A DNA stretch of 64,000 nt, taken from assembly GCF_006345805.1 (NCBI RefSeq), contig NC_042997.1, positions 140,058,001-140,122,000 of the forward strand. Direction: 5' to 3'. The number at the start of each line of letters is the position of its first letter. Positions within the stretch are counted from its first letter, which is position 1. Shown here in pieces: positions 49,430-61,739 of this stretch. The notes below the pieces were generated by a model. It was not told the DNA's origin, did no database searches, and saw only the letters and a list, made by a program, of their open reading frames with translations. This DNA is from Octopus sinensis. Taxonomy: Eukaryota. Made by a program: the position numbers and the translations under genes.

Positions 49430-50094
49430 CCAGGAATTTAAATCTCTAAACAAATGCGCAGCAAGCTATTCGAACGTTTTTCTTCTGTGGTCAAACTACT
49501 CGTTCTGCTGGGCTAGCTACCTAACAGGATACAGTCATGGGTCAGATCTAATTTTGATTCGTCAAAAAATTGATGACGTTTTTCTTCCGTGGTCAAACTT
49601 GTCGTTCCACTTGGTTGGTTTCCTAACAGGATACAGTTAGGAGTCTTTTCACTATATTCGTTGAGGCTGGGTTTTGATTGGTTTGGAACTATATGACGTC
49701 AGTGAACAGTGCCAGAGACCAGAACCCACAGCTTAGCTGATATAAATCCAACAATCACAAAATTTACCAAAATTACGCCAGCAGATGCCGACCAAAAATC
49801 ATTACTGTTGCTCCCATTGGAACACAAGGTAAAATCTATAATGAACTCCTCGCCTTTTCAAGAACATGGATTTTTTATATTTGACTCTATTGAATGTATG
49901 TCACAATTATGAACTGTTCCATCATACTCTTTAAGCATATAGCATGGACTCTCTTTATTATAAAAAAATTTTTTTGATAAGGTTTGTTATTACAAGAACC
50001 GAAACATGTTAAATTAAAATTTATCTAATATAACGGCATTTTCAAACTTCATTTTTTACAAATATATACCCACTCGTATACGAGCTAATTTTAT

Positions 50095-50130
<36 letters not shown>

Positions 50131-50472
50131 TTAAATAAAGTTTACAAACCTCAATAAGGGATAATGTAATCCAATGAGAATAATGGTTAGTTACCTATTT
50201 AAAAATTGTTGAATATTGCCATTAATATTCAAGTGTAAGGTAACTAGATTAACTGTGGTTTACATATATTTTAAGAAGATAAGAAAATAGAGAGATATTT
50301 AACAATTATTTATCAATTTAAAAATTAGACAACATCTCTGACAACTGGTTCGATTCCAGGCCTTTATAAGTTAATTACCATTATTAAAACCATTTAAAAG
50401 TCGAATCTCATCACAATTAAGTGTTCATATTCCTGCTTGTTGAGTATATGGCTCCAAACTGGTAACTGATAA

Positions 50473-52145
50473 TAATAATAATAATAATAAAACATTGTGT
50501 ACAGTGCTCAGGTACACTACAACTCATCTAAAGTGTATGTATAGTACATAGGGTAATGTACAAGCGTCAGGAAAAGAACAGTGCATGTGTCATGACATAC
50601 ACATATGTGTATGAGTATGGAAGGGGGACAATAAGGTGTAGTTTCGGCGGATTTCGGAAAGCATGAGGGCCTTAAAGGATGCAGTGTCATGGCAGTCAAC
50701 AACTGACACAGGCAGTTTGTTCCATGCTTCAGCAACTCTGAGCATGAAAAAATGTTTCCGAAAGTCATGGGAGCTGTGCTGTTTTCTGACTTTGTAGGCA
50801 TGTCCACATGTGTTGGACACATGGAGATCAAAAAGGTGTTCGGTGTTGTTGTTGGTGAGGTGGTTGATAACTTTGTGGGTGTTTACCAAGTCCATCGCCA
50901 GACGCCGGAGCTTCAGTGAATCCATGCCCAGGGAAACAAGACGCTCAGAGTATGGTAGGTGTCTGATGGAGGGTATGCGTTTGGTTGCACGTCTCTGAAC
51001 AGATTCCAGGAGGTCAATGTTCTGAGCAAGATAGGGGTTCCAAACTGATGATGCGAATTCCAAGTGTGGTCGTACCATAGCTGTATACAGCTTTAAATAG
51101 ATGGCTGGAGAGCAGCTAACAAAAGTCTTGCTGAGTGATGCCAAGACACCCTCGGCCTTCTTGACAATTTTAGAGATATGCTTTGTCCAACGCAAATCAC
51201 TGCTGACAGTGATGCCTAGGTCACGCTCGCAAGAGGATTTCTTGATATCAGTGTTGTGGAGGGAGTATGTGGACGCAGGGTTTTTTCTCCCAAAATGCAT
51301 GGTGGTACACTTGTCCACAGCCAATTTCAGTTGCCAGTCTGTGATCCATTGCTGCATTGTGTCCAGGTCTGATTGCAGGAAAGAGTCGTAGACATCAGGA
51401 TCTGTCCTCTTGCTTTCAAGGTACAGCTTGATGTCGTCTGCATATTTCAATACTGTGGTATTCTTTAAATTGGCATCTATGTCATTAATGTATGCCACAA
51501 TCAAGAGGGGACCAAGAACAGATCAATGTGGTACACCCGATGACATCTCATATGGTGTAGAATGCTGTCCTAGAACTGTGACTACCTCCTTTCGGCTGAG
51601 AATGAAGGATTTCAACCAGTTAAAAAGATCATCCCTCACACCCATTGCAGAGAGTTTCACCATAAGCCTTTTGTGTGGCACAGAATTAAAAGCCTTAGCA
51701 AAGCCAAGGTAGACAAGATCCACCCATGAGCCACTGTCAGTGATCTGAGTAATGTCCTCAAGGAACTCGACAAGCTGATCACTGCAGCTGGAGTTAGGGA
51801 CAAATCCATATTGTGAGGGTCGGATGAGACTGTGAGAGCTCCAGAAGTTCCAAAGTGTTTCTCTGACACACGATTCCATCAGTTTTGCAATACAGCTAGT
51901 GAGACTGACTGGGCGATAGTTGACAGGTGATGTGCGGTCTCCCTTTTTGAACAGAGGAATGACACTGGCGGTTTTCCACTGCTCCGGAGTAGCACCATTG
52001 TTGAGACAGTACTGGAAAAAAATAGAAAGCTGGTGTAAAAGGAAGTACCTGCCACGTTTGAGAAGCAGGTATGTAATGCCATCAAGACCAGGGGAGGCAT
52101 AGTTGCGCTTATTTTGAAGGTGACGTCGCAGCATTGCAGGTGTAA
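50473..52145 (-). mobile_element. CR1-type LINE, copy 2, 5'-truncated; RT frame intact except one stop
   Basis: ORFs 51523-52134 and 50590-51504 are in frame, separated only by TGA in GVPH*SVLGPL. KYADD, 3' stem-loop and (TAT)n tail; close match to copy 1. Confidence 0.95.
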
Positions 52146-52271
52146 ATTCAAAGGGGAGGAAGGTAGTATATTTATTAGAGTTAGAATAGAAAAATATATC
52201 ATTACAGGGTGTTAAATAAAAGACATTACGAAAGTAGGTATATAAGTATAATTGTAATATATTACAATATA

Positions 52272-53469
52272 CTCAGAATAAAAGGCAGACTGTATGATGC
52301 ATGTGTACGAACTGCCATGCTACATGGCAGTGAAACATGGGCTGTGACTGCTGAGGACATGCGTAAGCTCGCAAGAAATGAAGCCAGTATGCTCCGATGG
52401 ATGTGTAATGTCAGTGTTCATAATTGTCAGAGTGTAAGTACCTTGAGAGAAAAGTTGAACCTAAGAAGCGTCAGTTGTGGTGTGCAAGAGAGACGGCTGC
52501 GCTGGTATGGTCATGTGACGAGAATGGCTGAAGATAGTTGTGTGCAAAAGTGCTACACCCTAGCAGTTGAGGGAACCTGTGGAAGAGGTAGACCCAGGAA
52601 AACCTGGGACGAAGTGGTGAAGCACGACCTTCGAACTTTAGGTCTCACCAAGGAAATGACTAGAGACCGAGACCTATGGAAGTATGCTGTGCGTGAGAAG
52701 ACCCGGCAAGACTAGTCAGGCCATAACCCGTGGCCCCTACCTGGGACGTAGTCAGTCCACCTGTGCATACCTTCCTTCTTGTGACACTTGTGAAGACCTG
52801 TTGAGGCAAGTGAAAATCAAATCAAAAAATCAAAAAATCAAACAAAATCAAAATAGATGAACATCAATGGAATTTGTATCTTTGTGGTACCAGTGCCGGT
52901 GGCACACGAGAAAACCATCCGAACGTGGCCGTAGCCAGTTTTGCACCGACTGGCCTCCATGCTGTGGGCACGTAACAATCACCATCCGATCGTGGCCGAT
53001 CGCCAGCCTCATCTGGCTCCTGTGTCGGTGGCACATAAAAAAACACCATCCGAGCGTGGTCGTCTGCTAGCCTTGTCTGGCACCTGTGTCGGTGGCACAT
53101 AAAAACACCATCCGAGCGTGGCCGTTCGCCAGCCTCGTCTGGCACCTGTGTCGGTGGCACATAAAAACACCATCCGAGAGTGGCCGTTCGCCAGCCTCGT
53201 CTGGCACCTGTGTCAGTGGCACATAAAAACACCATCCGAGCGTGGCCGTTCGCCAGCCTCGTCTGGCACCTGTGTCGGTGGCACATAAAATCACCCACTA
53301 CACTCTCGGAGTGGTTGGCGTTAGGAAGGGCATCCAGCTGTAGAAACACTGCCAGATCTGACTGGCCTGGTGCAGCCTTCGGGCTCCCCAGACCCCAGTT
53401 GAACCGTCCAACCCATGCTAGCATGGAAAGCGGACGTTAAATGATGATGATGATGATGATGATGATGAT
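52272..53469 (+). mobile_element. RTE LINE 3' end with long 3' UTR and (GAT)n tail
   Basis: ORF part KGRLYDACVRTAMLHGSETW...REKTRQD*. Degenerate ~16-bp TSD attacaat-atactca / actgcaattatactca. Confidence 0.93.
52890..53290 (+). repeat. 62-bp minisatellite in the RTE 3' UTR (~6 units)
   Basis: ggcacctgtgtcggtggcacataaaaacaccatccgagcgtggccgttcgccagcctcgtct starts at 53079, 53141, 53203 and 53265, with degenerate units upstream. Confidence 0.92.
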
Positions 53470-53851
53470 ACTGCAATTATACTCATATACCTACTAATTG
53501 TACTCATATGCCTACTTTCACAATTTCTTTTATTTAACACCTGTAATGATATATTATTCTTTTCTTACTTTTATTATAACTCTAATAAATATACTACCTT
53601 CCTCCCCTTTGTAAGGTTTATATCATGTTTTTTATATATAAATTTTATCAGTTAATGGTTTGGAGCCATATACTCAACAAGTAGGAATTTAGCCAACTCT
53701 GATGAGATTTGACTTTTAAATGGTTTTGATTATGGTAATTAATTTATAAAGGTCTGGAATTAAAACAGCTATTAGAGATGTTGTCTAATTTTTAATTGAT
53801 AAATAATTATTAATTATCTCTCTATTTTCTTATCTTCCTAATATATATATA

Positions 53852-54215
53852 CTAGCAGTATCGCCCGGCGTTGCTCAGGTTTGTAAGGGAAATAACTATA
53901 AAGCATTTTTAGAGAGTTATAGCCAAAAAATGGAAAAAAATGATGGTAAATTTTTTTTGAGAGTAAAAAGAGGTGGAGTTGCGTCCCCTAGACAGTTTGC
54001 GGTTTGTGTTTCTGATTCTCGACCCCATGTCGAATTTATCGATTTTTTTCAGAACTGGGGGAACTTTTCAAAATTTTCGCTGCGTTAGTTTTGAATTATG
54101 ACATTGGGCTATGTGTGTGTCAAGTTTCATCAGAATCGGTTGAAAGCCGTGGTCAGGGTGAGGGTACAAGCAAACAGACACACAGAAACACGCACAGACA
54201 AACTGCCGTTTATAT

Positions 54216-54220
<5 letters not shown>
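53852..54220 (-). mobile_element. Non-autonomous Helitron (369 bp)
   Basis: Minus strand 5' TC, 3' hairpin plus CTAG. The 3' ~110 bp match the 10379 element; the 5' part differs. Confidence 0.85.
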
Positions 54221-54284
<64 letters not shown>

Positions 54285-54459
54285 GTTGGCAAATGAAATA
54301 AGTATAAGAATGTACATTCTATATGTGGCTGAAGATTGCTCAACATTTTAAAACTGATGTAATACAGTGTTTAATAAAATGAAGTAGCATGAAACAATTG
54401 TACTACACTACCTTGGATATCCTTGTTACTTATTTTGATTATATATATAGATATATATA

Positions 54460-54732
54460 ATTAGATCAAGATAGTTATCGCCAGTCAATGGGGTTACCCA
54501 GGGTTTCACATCCATAAAGTGCTTAGCTTTACAGCGTCTTAACAGACCCTAATGGTCTGGCCTATAACCTCTCTTCAAAGTGTGTTCAGCAACTAACCAT
54601 GAGGTCTTTTCTTCCTCCACTTTGAAGAGAGGTTATAAGCTACTGGCCATTAGATGCTGTAAAACTAAGTGCTTTATGGACATGAAACCCTGAGTAACCC
54701 CACAGACCGGCCATAACTATCTTTAATCTAAT
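54460..54732. mobile_element. Fold-back MITE, ~120-bp inverted arms, probable TA TSD
   Basis: ttagatcaagatagttat...cctataacctctcttcaaagtg versus cactttgaagagaggttataag...ataactatctttaatctaa. Confidence 0.8.
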
Positions 54733-54805
54733 TACTCTACTGTTCTATAACTTAGAGCATGATTCTGTTTCTGATTTATGATTTACTGACTATATATATA
54801 TACAA

Positions 54806-56077
54806 TTGGGTCATCCCATTAATAATGCGTTTTTTTTTTAATTGCTTGAACTAAAAGTTGGATGGGGACAGGATAAACTACCTGCATCAGTTAGCTATTA
54901 AAGCAGGTAGTAATTTTACCTTGTACTTATTCTTAGTGCAAGTTTCGAAAAGTGCAGTTTGATTTTAAGTTATTTTTTCAAAGCTATAATGGAAGTGACA
55001 AAGGAGCATATTTGACATATTTTGCTTTATGAGTTCAGTAAAGGCAACAACACAATGGAAGGTGCAAGGAATACTAATGCAGTATATGGGGGTCAGACAC
55101 TAAGCGTAAGCCAGTGTCAACGGTGGTTCCAGATTTTTCCAAGCTGGAAACTACAGCCTAGAAGATAATTCTCATTCTGGAGGATCTGTATAGCTCGACG
55201 AGGACATCCTGCAAAACTTGGTGGAACAAATCCCATTGTAACTGTTAAGGAACTAGCAGAAAAGCTTGGATTTGGTCGTTCAACCATTCATCAACACCTG
55301 CATGCCATTGGAAAAGTCAGCAAATTGGGTCAATGGATTCCGCACAAACTCTCCAAGTCTAATCATGCGCAGAGAGAGAATGTGTGCTTTTCTTTGCTAT
55401 CATGTCTCATGAATGAACTTTTTTGGACTAAATAGTGACTGGTGACAAGAAATGGGTTTGCTATAAAAATGTCAAGCATGGAAGACAGTGGGTAGGGAAA
55501 GGAGAAATACCAGTACCCCAGGCTAAAGAAGGTTTTCACCCATGTAAGGTGTTGTTATTTGTTTGGTGGGATGTGAAAAGTTTAGTCCACTTTGGACTTT
55601 TAAACCCAAACCAAATGATAACAGAGGAGATCTACTGCGAGCAATTTCAGCAGCTTAAGTCAGCGCTAGAAGAAAAATTACCATCTTTGGTTTCAAGACA
55701 AAAGGTGTTCTTCCATCAGGATTATGCTTGACCACATACAGCGAGGATGATATTCCAAAGGCTCGAGCAGTTTGAAATGGATGCCCCACTCCACTTATTC
55801 ACCAGACATTGATTATCATTTATTCTGCAGTCTTCAAAATCACTTGGACAAAAAAAATATGAATTTTCTAGATGAGGTCAGAACAGTACTGGAGGAATAT
55901 TTTTTGTCACAGACAAGCGAATTTTGGAAGAGAAGCCTTGCAAGTCTACAAGATAGATGGAAGAGAATTGTAGAAAATGAAGGAGAGTTTATTTTAGATT
56001 AAAAAAGAACTTTGTTTATCTTAATTTGCAAAATAAAAGAAGTTTAAAAAAACTGCACTATTTATGGGATGACCCAA
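54806..56077 (+). mobile_element. Mariner DD34D transposon, full length, degenerate
   Basis: Both TIRs, TA at the right. IVTGDKKW, PCKVLLFVWWD, FHQDYA.PH, PHSTYSPDI.DYHLF and EGEFILD. Confidence 0.93.
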
Positions 56078-56322
56078 TATATGCATATATGAGTATATAT
56101 ATATGACAGGGATTAAGGAAGTAATGCAATTTTTATTTACATTAATATTTGATTCGTCCATGGGGATATATTACCTTGCTTGTAAACAAGTGAGGGTTGG
56201 TGACTGAAAGGGCAGCCAGCAACAAATTTACCTCAACAAATTCCTTCTGGAAAAGTAGACATTAAACGATGACGATGATGATGTTGATACACATACATAT
56301 GTATGTATGTGTGTGTGTGTGT

Positions 56323-56369
<47 letters not shown>

Positions 56370-56371
<2 letters not shown>

Positions 56372-56632
56372 TCATCATCATCATCATCATCATCGTTTAG
56401 CATCCGCTTTCCGTGCTAGCATGGGTTGGATGGTTCAACTGGGGTCTGGGAAGCCAGAAGGCTGCACCAGGCCCAGTCTGATCTGGCAATGTTTCTACGG
56501 CTGGATGCCCTTCCTAATGCCAATCACTCCGTGAGTGTAGTGGGTGCTTTTTACGTGCCACCAGCACAGGTGCCAGACAAGGCTGGCAAACAGCCACGGA
56601 CGGATGGTGCTTTTTACGTGCCACCGGCACGG
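56370..56632 (-). mobile_element. RTE-tail fragment with (GAT)n
   Basis: Reverse complement of ~53230-53460. Confidence 0.85.
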
Positions 56633-57315
56633 GAATATAAATATATATATATATAAAATCATCACCAGCATTATCATCATTTAATGTCCATGTTTCATAC
56701 TGGAATGAGCTTGACAGTTTCACAGGATCCAATGGGTCTGATGACTACATTGTGTTCTAATGTCTGCTTAAGCATGGTTTCTATGGTTGTATGCCCTTCT
56801 GTCCTCAATGCCAACCACATCTTATATAGTCACACTCCTAACCATTTTATATTGGTCACCCTCCTGAGCCACCAAATTATCTCCCTACAATCATAGATCT
56901 TTCTCTCTATGCCTTCCCCCACCCACACTCATACAACTTACCCAACCACCTGACATCTCTCCCTCTTCTCCCTTCCTCTTTCATTCATCCCCTGCTTATT
57001 TTAATATTATCATTACTTTTCCTGCTACTCTTCACCTCCACCTTTTTCTGCACCACCAGCCATCTCATCTCTAGACCTTTCAACTCTACCCAATTTCTAC
57101 AGTTGTCACCTACTTTTCCCTTCTACCTATTTTCTCTATCATTTATCAACGTTTTTTCTTTATTATATACACCAGTGATTCTCAACCAGGGTTCATATGA
57201 CCCTTTGTGGAGGTTGGGGTAGGGTTCATATAAGATTTTGTAGTTAAAATTTATGTGCAATTGATTGGTTATACTTCTGCAAAACACAAAAAATTTTAAC
57301 AATTTTTTTATAAAA

Positions 57316-57709
57316 GTGCAGGCCATGGCTGTGTGGTAAGAAGCTTGCTTCTCAACCACAGGGTTACGGGTTCAGTCCCACTGTGTGGCACCTTGGCCAA
57401 GTATCTTCTACTATAACCTTGGGCCGACCAAAGCCTTTTGTGTGGATTTGGTAGATGGAAACTGAAAGAAGCCCGTATTTCATATATATATATATATTTG
57501 TGTGTGTCTGTGTTTGTCCCACCTCCATCACTTGACAACCGATGTTGGTGTGTTGACATCCCCGTAACTTAGTGGTTTGGCAATAGAGACTGACAGAATA
57601 AGTACTAGGCTTATAAAGAATAAGTCCTGGGGTTGATTTGTTTGACTAAAGTTGGTGCTCCAGCATGACCACGGTCAAACGACTGAAATAAGTAAAAGAA
57701 TAAAAGAAT
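57316..57709 (+). mobile_element. Family A SINE, full length
   Basis: Head, body and tail as at 4286-4773. Confidence 0.9.
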
Positions 57710-57719
57710 AATTCCTAGT

Positions 57720-58070
57720 AATCCTTTCTACTTATAGGCACAAGGCCTGAAATATTGGGAGAGGAGAAAGTCAGTCACATTGACCCCCAGTACTTGACTG
57801 GTTCTTTATTTAGCAACACCGAGACAAAGTCAACCTCAGCAGCATTTGAACCCAGAACATAAAGACAGATGGAATTCCTATTTCTTTACTACCCACAAGG
57901 GGCTAAACATAGAGGGGACAAACAAGGACAGACACACGGATTAAGTCGATTACATCAATCCCAGTGTATAACTGGTACTTATTTAATCGACCCTGAAAGG
58001 ATGAAAGGCAAAGTTGACCTCGGCGACCGCTAAGCATTTTGCCTTGCATGCTAATGATTGTGCTAGCTCA
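57720..58070 (-). mobile_element. Family B SINE with a second family B copy nested inside
   Basis: Outer copy interrupted at gatggaatt|cctatttctttact and resumes at accgctaagcattttgcc. Confidence 0.7.
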
Positions 58071-58094
58071 CAATTATAAAAATATCTTTTTTCT

Positions 58095-58353
58095 TTTATC
58101 ATGTTAGTCATTAGACAGCAGCCATGCTGGGACACTGCCTTGAGGAATTTTGTTGAACTAATTGACTCCAGTACATGTTTTCTTTTTAAGTCTGGTACTT
58201 ATTCTACCAGTCTCTGTTACCGAACTACTAAGTTACAAGGCTGTAGAGATGATAAGACTGATTGTCAAGTGGTGGTGAGGGACAAACACAGACAAAAAGA
58301 CACACACACACATACTCAAACAGATACACACACACTCACACACACATGCACAC

Positions 58354-58386
<33 letters not shown>

Positions 58387-58495
58387 CACACACATATATA
58401 TGATAGGCTTCTTTCAGTTTCCGTCTACCAAATCCACTCACAAAGCTTTGGTCAGCTTGAGGCCATAGTAGAAGACGCTTACCCAAGGTGCCAAT
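58095..58495 (-). mobile_element. Family A SINE
   Basis: Minus-strand body and tail motifs with internal (CA)n. Confidence 0.8.
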
Positions 58496-58757
58496 AAATT
58501 TCAAAGGAGTCCATAAGTAAAAAATGGATGGGAAACACTGATATACACCCTCTCACCTATTCCCTATCTTTTACTATCTCTCATATCTCTCACTCTCCCA
58601 TACATTCTTGCAACCTCTATCTGCCCCACTCATTTCTACTCACCTCTTATCTTGGTGTTGGTGGGCTACATCCTGCCAGCATCTCTCTTTCTCTTCTCAA
58701 CTCCACTGCAGCTCTCCCCACCCCTGGTAAGAAGCCTTTTTTGTTTGTGTATACATC

Positions 58758-58801
<44 letters not shown>

Positions 58802-58868
58802 TAACCTGTTAAATACATTAAACTTCTTCAGTTTTATTAACTTAATTTCTATCTCATTTTTGTTTTAG

Positions 58869-58931
58869 AGTCCCTCATGATTGGCGCCTACATATTTCCA
58901 TTTAAGGTTTTATTGCCCCCGAATATACCAG
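58869..58931 (+). CDS. Alpha-arrestin gene, coding exon 4
   Basis: ttttgttttAG|[23 protein letters not shown]|GTATGT. 63 nt, symmetric phase 1; carries the hallmark G.Y.FPF...LP..P motif. Confidence 0.9.
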
Positions 58932-58989
58932 GTATGTAAAATACATGTTTGTCTGACTGCATGTACACAAATACATATAAACACATACA

Positions 58990-59010
58990 ATTGTGTGTGC
59001 AAATGTGTGC

Positions 59011-59047
<37 letters not shown>

Positions 59048-59082
59048 GACATACATATATATATATATTTATATATATATAG

Positions 59083-59173
<91 letters not shown>

Positions 59174-59176
59174 TAC

Positions 59177-59227
<51 letters not shown>
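58990..59227. repeat. Compound (TG)/(TA)/(TACA) microsatellite
   Basis: Direct inspection. Confidence 0.95.
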
Positions 59228-59230
<3 letters not shown>

Positions 59231-60083
59231 TGGTGGACTGGGTCTAAAAATATTGGTTGCCAGAAGACTAAGGGGGCCCACCCACAACTACAACGCTATC
59301 ATTTAATATATTATTTATTACATTGAGTTAAAATGATTCATGATGGATGGCCATATGTTCTGCTCAGAAAGAGCTTTACAAACAAGTGAGGGACTGGGCT
59401 AGTTGGACTATTTGAAGACTAGACTTTCTAAATATAGCTGAAGTAATTTTATATGACATTGGAGGGAGAGAAAGGTATCAAGGTAGAGAGGGGCGCAGTG
59501 AGCAGAGAAAAAAAAAGACAAGAACATGGTTACTGGGATATGTATATATATATGGGTATAAAGAGATATAAGAATGCTAGTAGAAACCACGTAATTGAAG
59601 GCAAATGAGAAAGTAAAAGAGTGATAAGATAAGGCAGTAGATAGTATGTTACTTCTCAAGAAAGTGAATGCAAACGATTATGTATAAATTTCTTAGGAAA
59701 GTGACAGGACATATAAATTACGTGAATATTATTAATTATAATAATAGTAAGCTAAAATCAGGAGTTCATGAATGTAATTATGTTAAGGAATTTAGTAAAT
59801 AAAAGAATATCCTGTCTTCCTAGAAATTGTAGAAAGTCAGGAATAATTTTGGTGGATTGCTATGTTCTTATATAGTCAAGAAATCAACACACTAGATAGT
59901 CAGCAGTCTGAGAAATATAATAAAAGTGAGAAGAAGTTAAGGTAAAAAAAGGAAGAAAAAGAGAGGAGGAAGGGAAGAAGAAGAAATCGAGAGGAGCGAG
60001 GGAAGAAATGTATAGAAACATGTTAGTGCATATATAATTAAGGAGTAGAACAAGTTAAGTAGTAAGCTGTGAAAGATATTATT

Positions 60084-60118
<35 letters not shown>

Positions 60119-61041
60119 TACTACTACTACTACTGCTGCTTACATAGCCTTGAATTTCTCAAGTTACAATACTTGAAAAATTCAATGACTTTAAATTGGA
60201 AGCTGAAAGTGATAAAGATCATGGACACATTTCTTTGAAAATAGTTTACCTGAAAACCTGATATTTCCCTCTGACAAAACTTAAGTACACAACTCATTCC
60301 TTGGATAATGGAACACTACCTTTAATGATTCTACAAAAAGAAAATATTCTAGTAAATGAAACTGATGCAAATAACAGCTGCAGGTTGAAAAGAAAAGATT
60401 AAAAATGAAATAACCTTAAAACAGAATAATTAATCAGGTATATTGCAAGAATCTGCTGAGTGGTGGGGAAGAGAACCCTTTAGCATTTAAACTGGCCATA
60501 TTTAGCCAATATAGTCAACCTGCTTTATGTTCAAATGAGCAAAACGTCCCTCCACTGTCCGATGGACGGCGCTGAGTTGTCAAACATTTAGACCAAATTT
60601 TTTCAAAACAACTTGTCTAACTGTCCCATAGGCCTCCCCTTTGAGAAACACTGATTTAACCTAAATTTGAGACACCAGCAAAAGGAGAAATAAAGATAGA
60701 CTTTTTTTCTATTCCAAGAAAAACGATTTTACAAATGCACGTTCCCACGGCTTTATCGATCGCATTCTCACCTGGAATCGATTTTTGTAATTTTTTCAAG
60801 ACTTATACATGCCCTGATACCTTCAGTATCTACATATCAAATTTCTCTCCTTCCCTCCATCTCTCTCTCTGTCACACACACACAGCCTCTTAATGTTGAC
60901 AGTGACATCTAAGTTTCACTGATCATGTCTTTGATCACCTAATCTGAGAAAGCCACAATTGGTGAAACTCTAAGGTCTCTGTCATCCTTTAACTTGTAAA
61001 TAAATATATCCAAATCATTCCAGTTATGTTTTCACATTTAG

Positions 61042-61139
61042 GTTCTATAACTGTGTTTGGAGAGAATGAAGATGCAATATGGTATGCATTTGTCGACTAT
61101 AACATTAACGCCGTGGTTATTGATTGTAAAGAGGTGTAT
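61042..61139 (+). CDS. Alpha-arrestin gene, coding exon 5
   Basis: ttttcacatttAG|gt-SITVFGENEDAIWYAFVDYNINAVVIDCKEVY|GTAAGT. Phase 1 in, phase 0 out; PGS...VDY.I.A motif. Confidence 0.85.
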
Positions 61140-61739
61140 GTAAGTCATTTTTAATCCTTTTATCACAAACTTGCCTGAGAACTCCTCAGGCTCTATGATA
61201 CAAAATCTGCCTGTTTCAAAGTTTATCATCATCATCATCATTATATTTTTTATTAAAATCTTCCATCTTAATTTTATGTAAGAACCTTTTGCTAAGTTAT
61301 GTTCCAATAACTAACTTTATAATGAAAAAAGTTGTTTTACCCAATCATTCCAAATTCTTGATTATTTTCAAAATTAATTGAAAAATTAAAACAACTGTCA
61401 TGAAAGGGTTAAGGTTAATTGTGAGTTAGTATAATTTCCATTAAAACATTAACCCTTTTGATACCAACCCACCCACTAGTACAAATTTACTATTAAATTT
61501 TATGTTAATTTATGTTCCAACAAACAGCTTTAATAATAATTTTATGAAATTCTTCATTATGTTTAAAATTAACTAAAATGAAGTCAATATATTTCAACAC
61601 AAATCTATTTTGACAAACCTTATAATTCAGCTCCTTGCTTCAGATCAAACCTAAAAAACCTAAAAAGAAAGAAAAAGGAAAAAAAGAGAGAAATCATTTA
61701 GTTATTACTTTATTAATTACTCTTAGATATGATATCTTA

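Larger units (their letters stand above)
50271..53840. repeat. Older head-to-head PLE terminal-repeat palindrome split by two LINE insertions
   Basis: Left arm 50271-50472 plus 52149-52259 is the reverse complement of the right arm 53470-53840. Original centre attgtaat-at-attacaat at ~52260. Confidence 0.85.

Noticed and set aside
52890-53290. CRISPR-like regular repeats (also 42728-42796)
   Set aside because: Units are contiguous tandem copies with no unique spacers, inside eukaryotic LINEs, with no cas genes.
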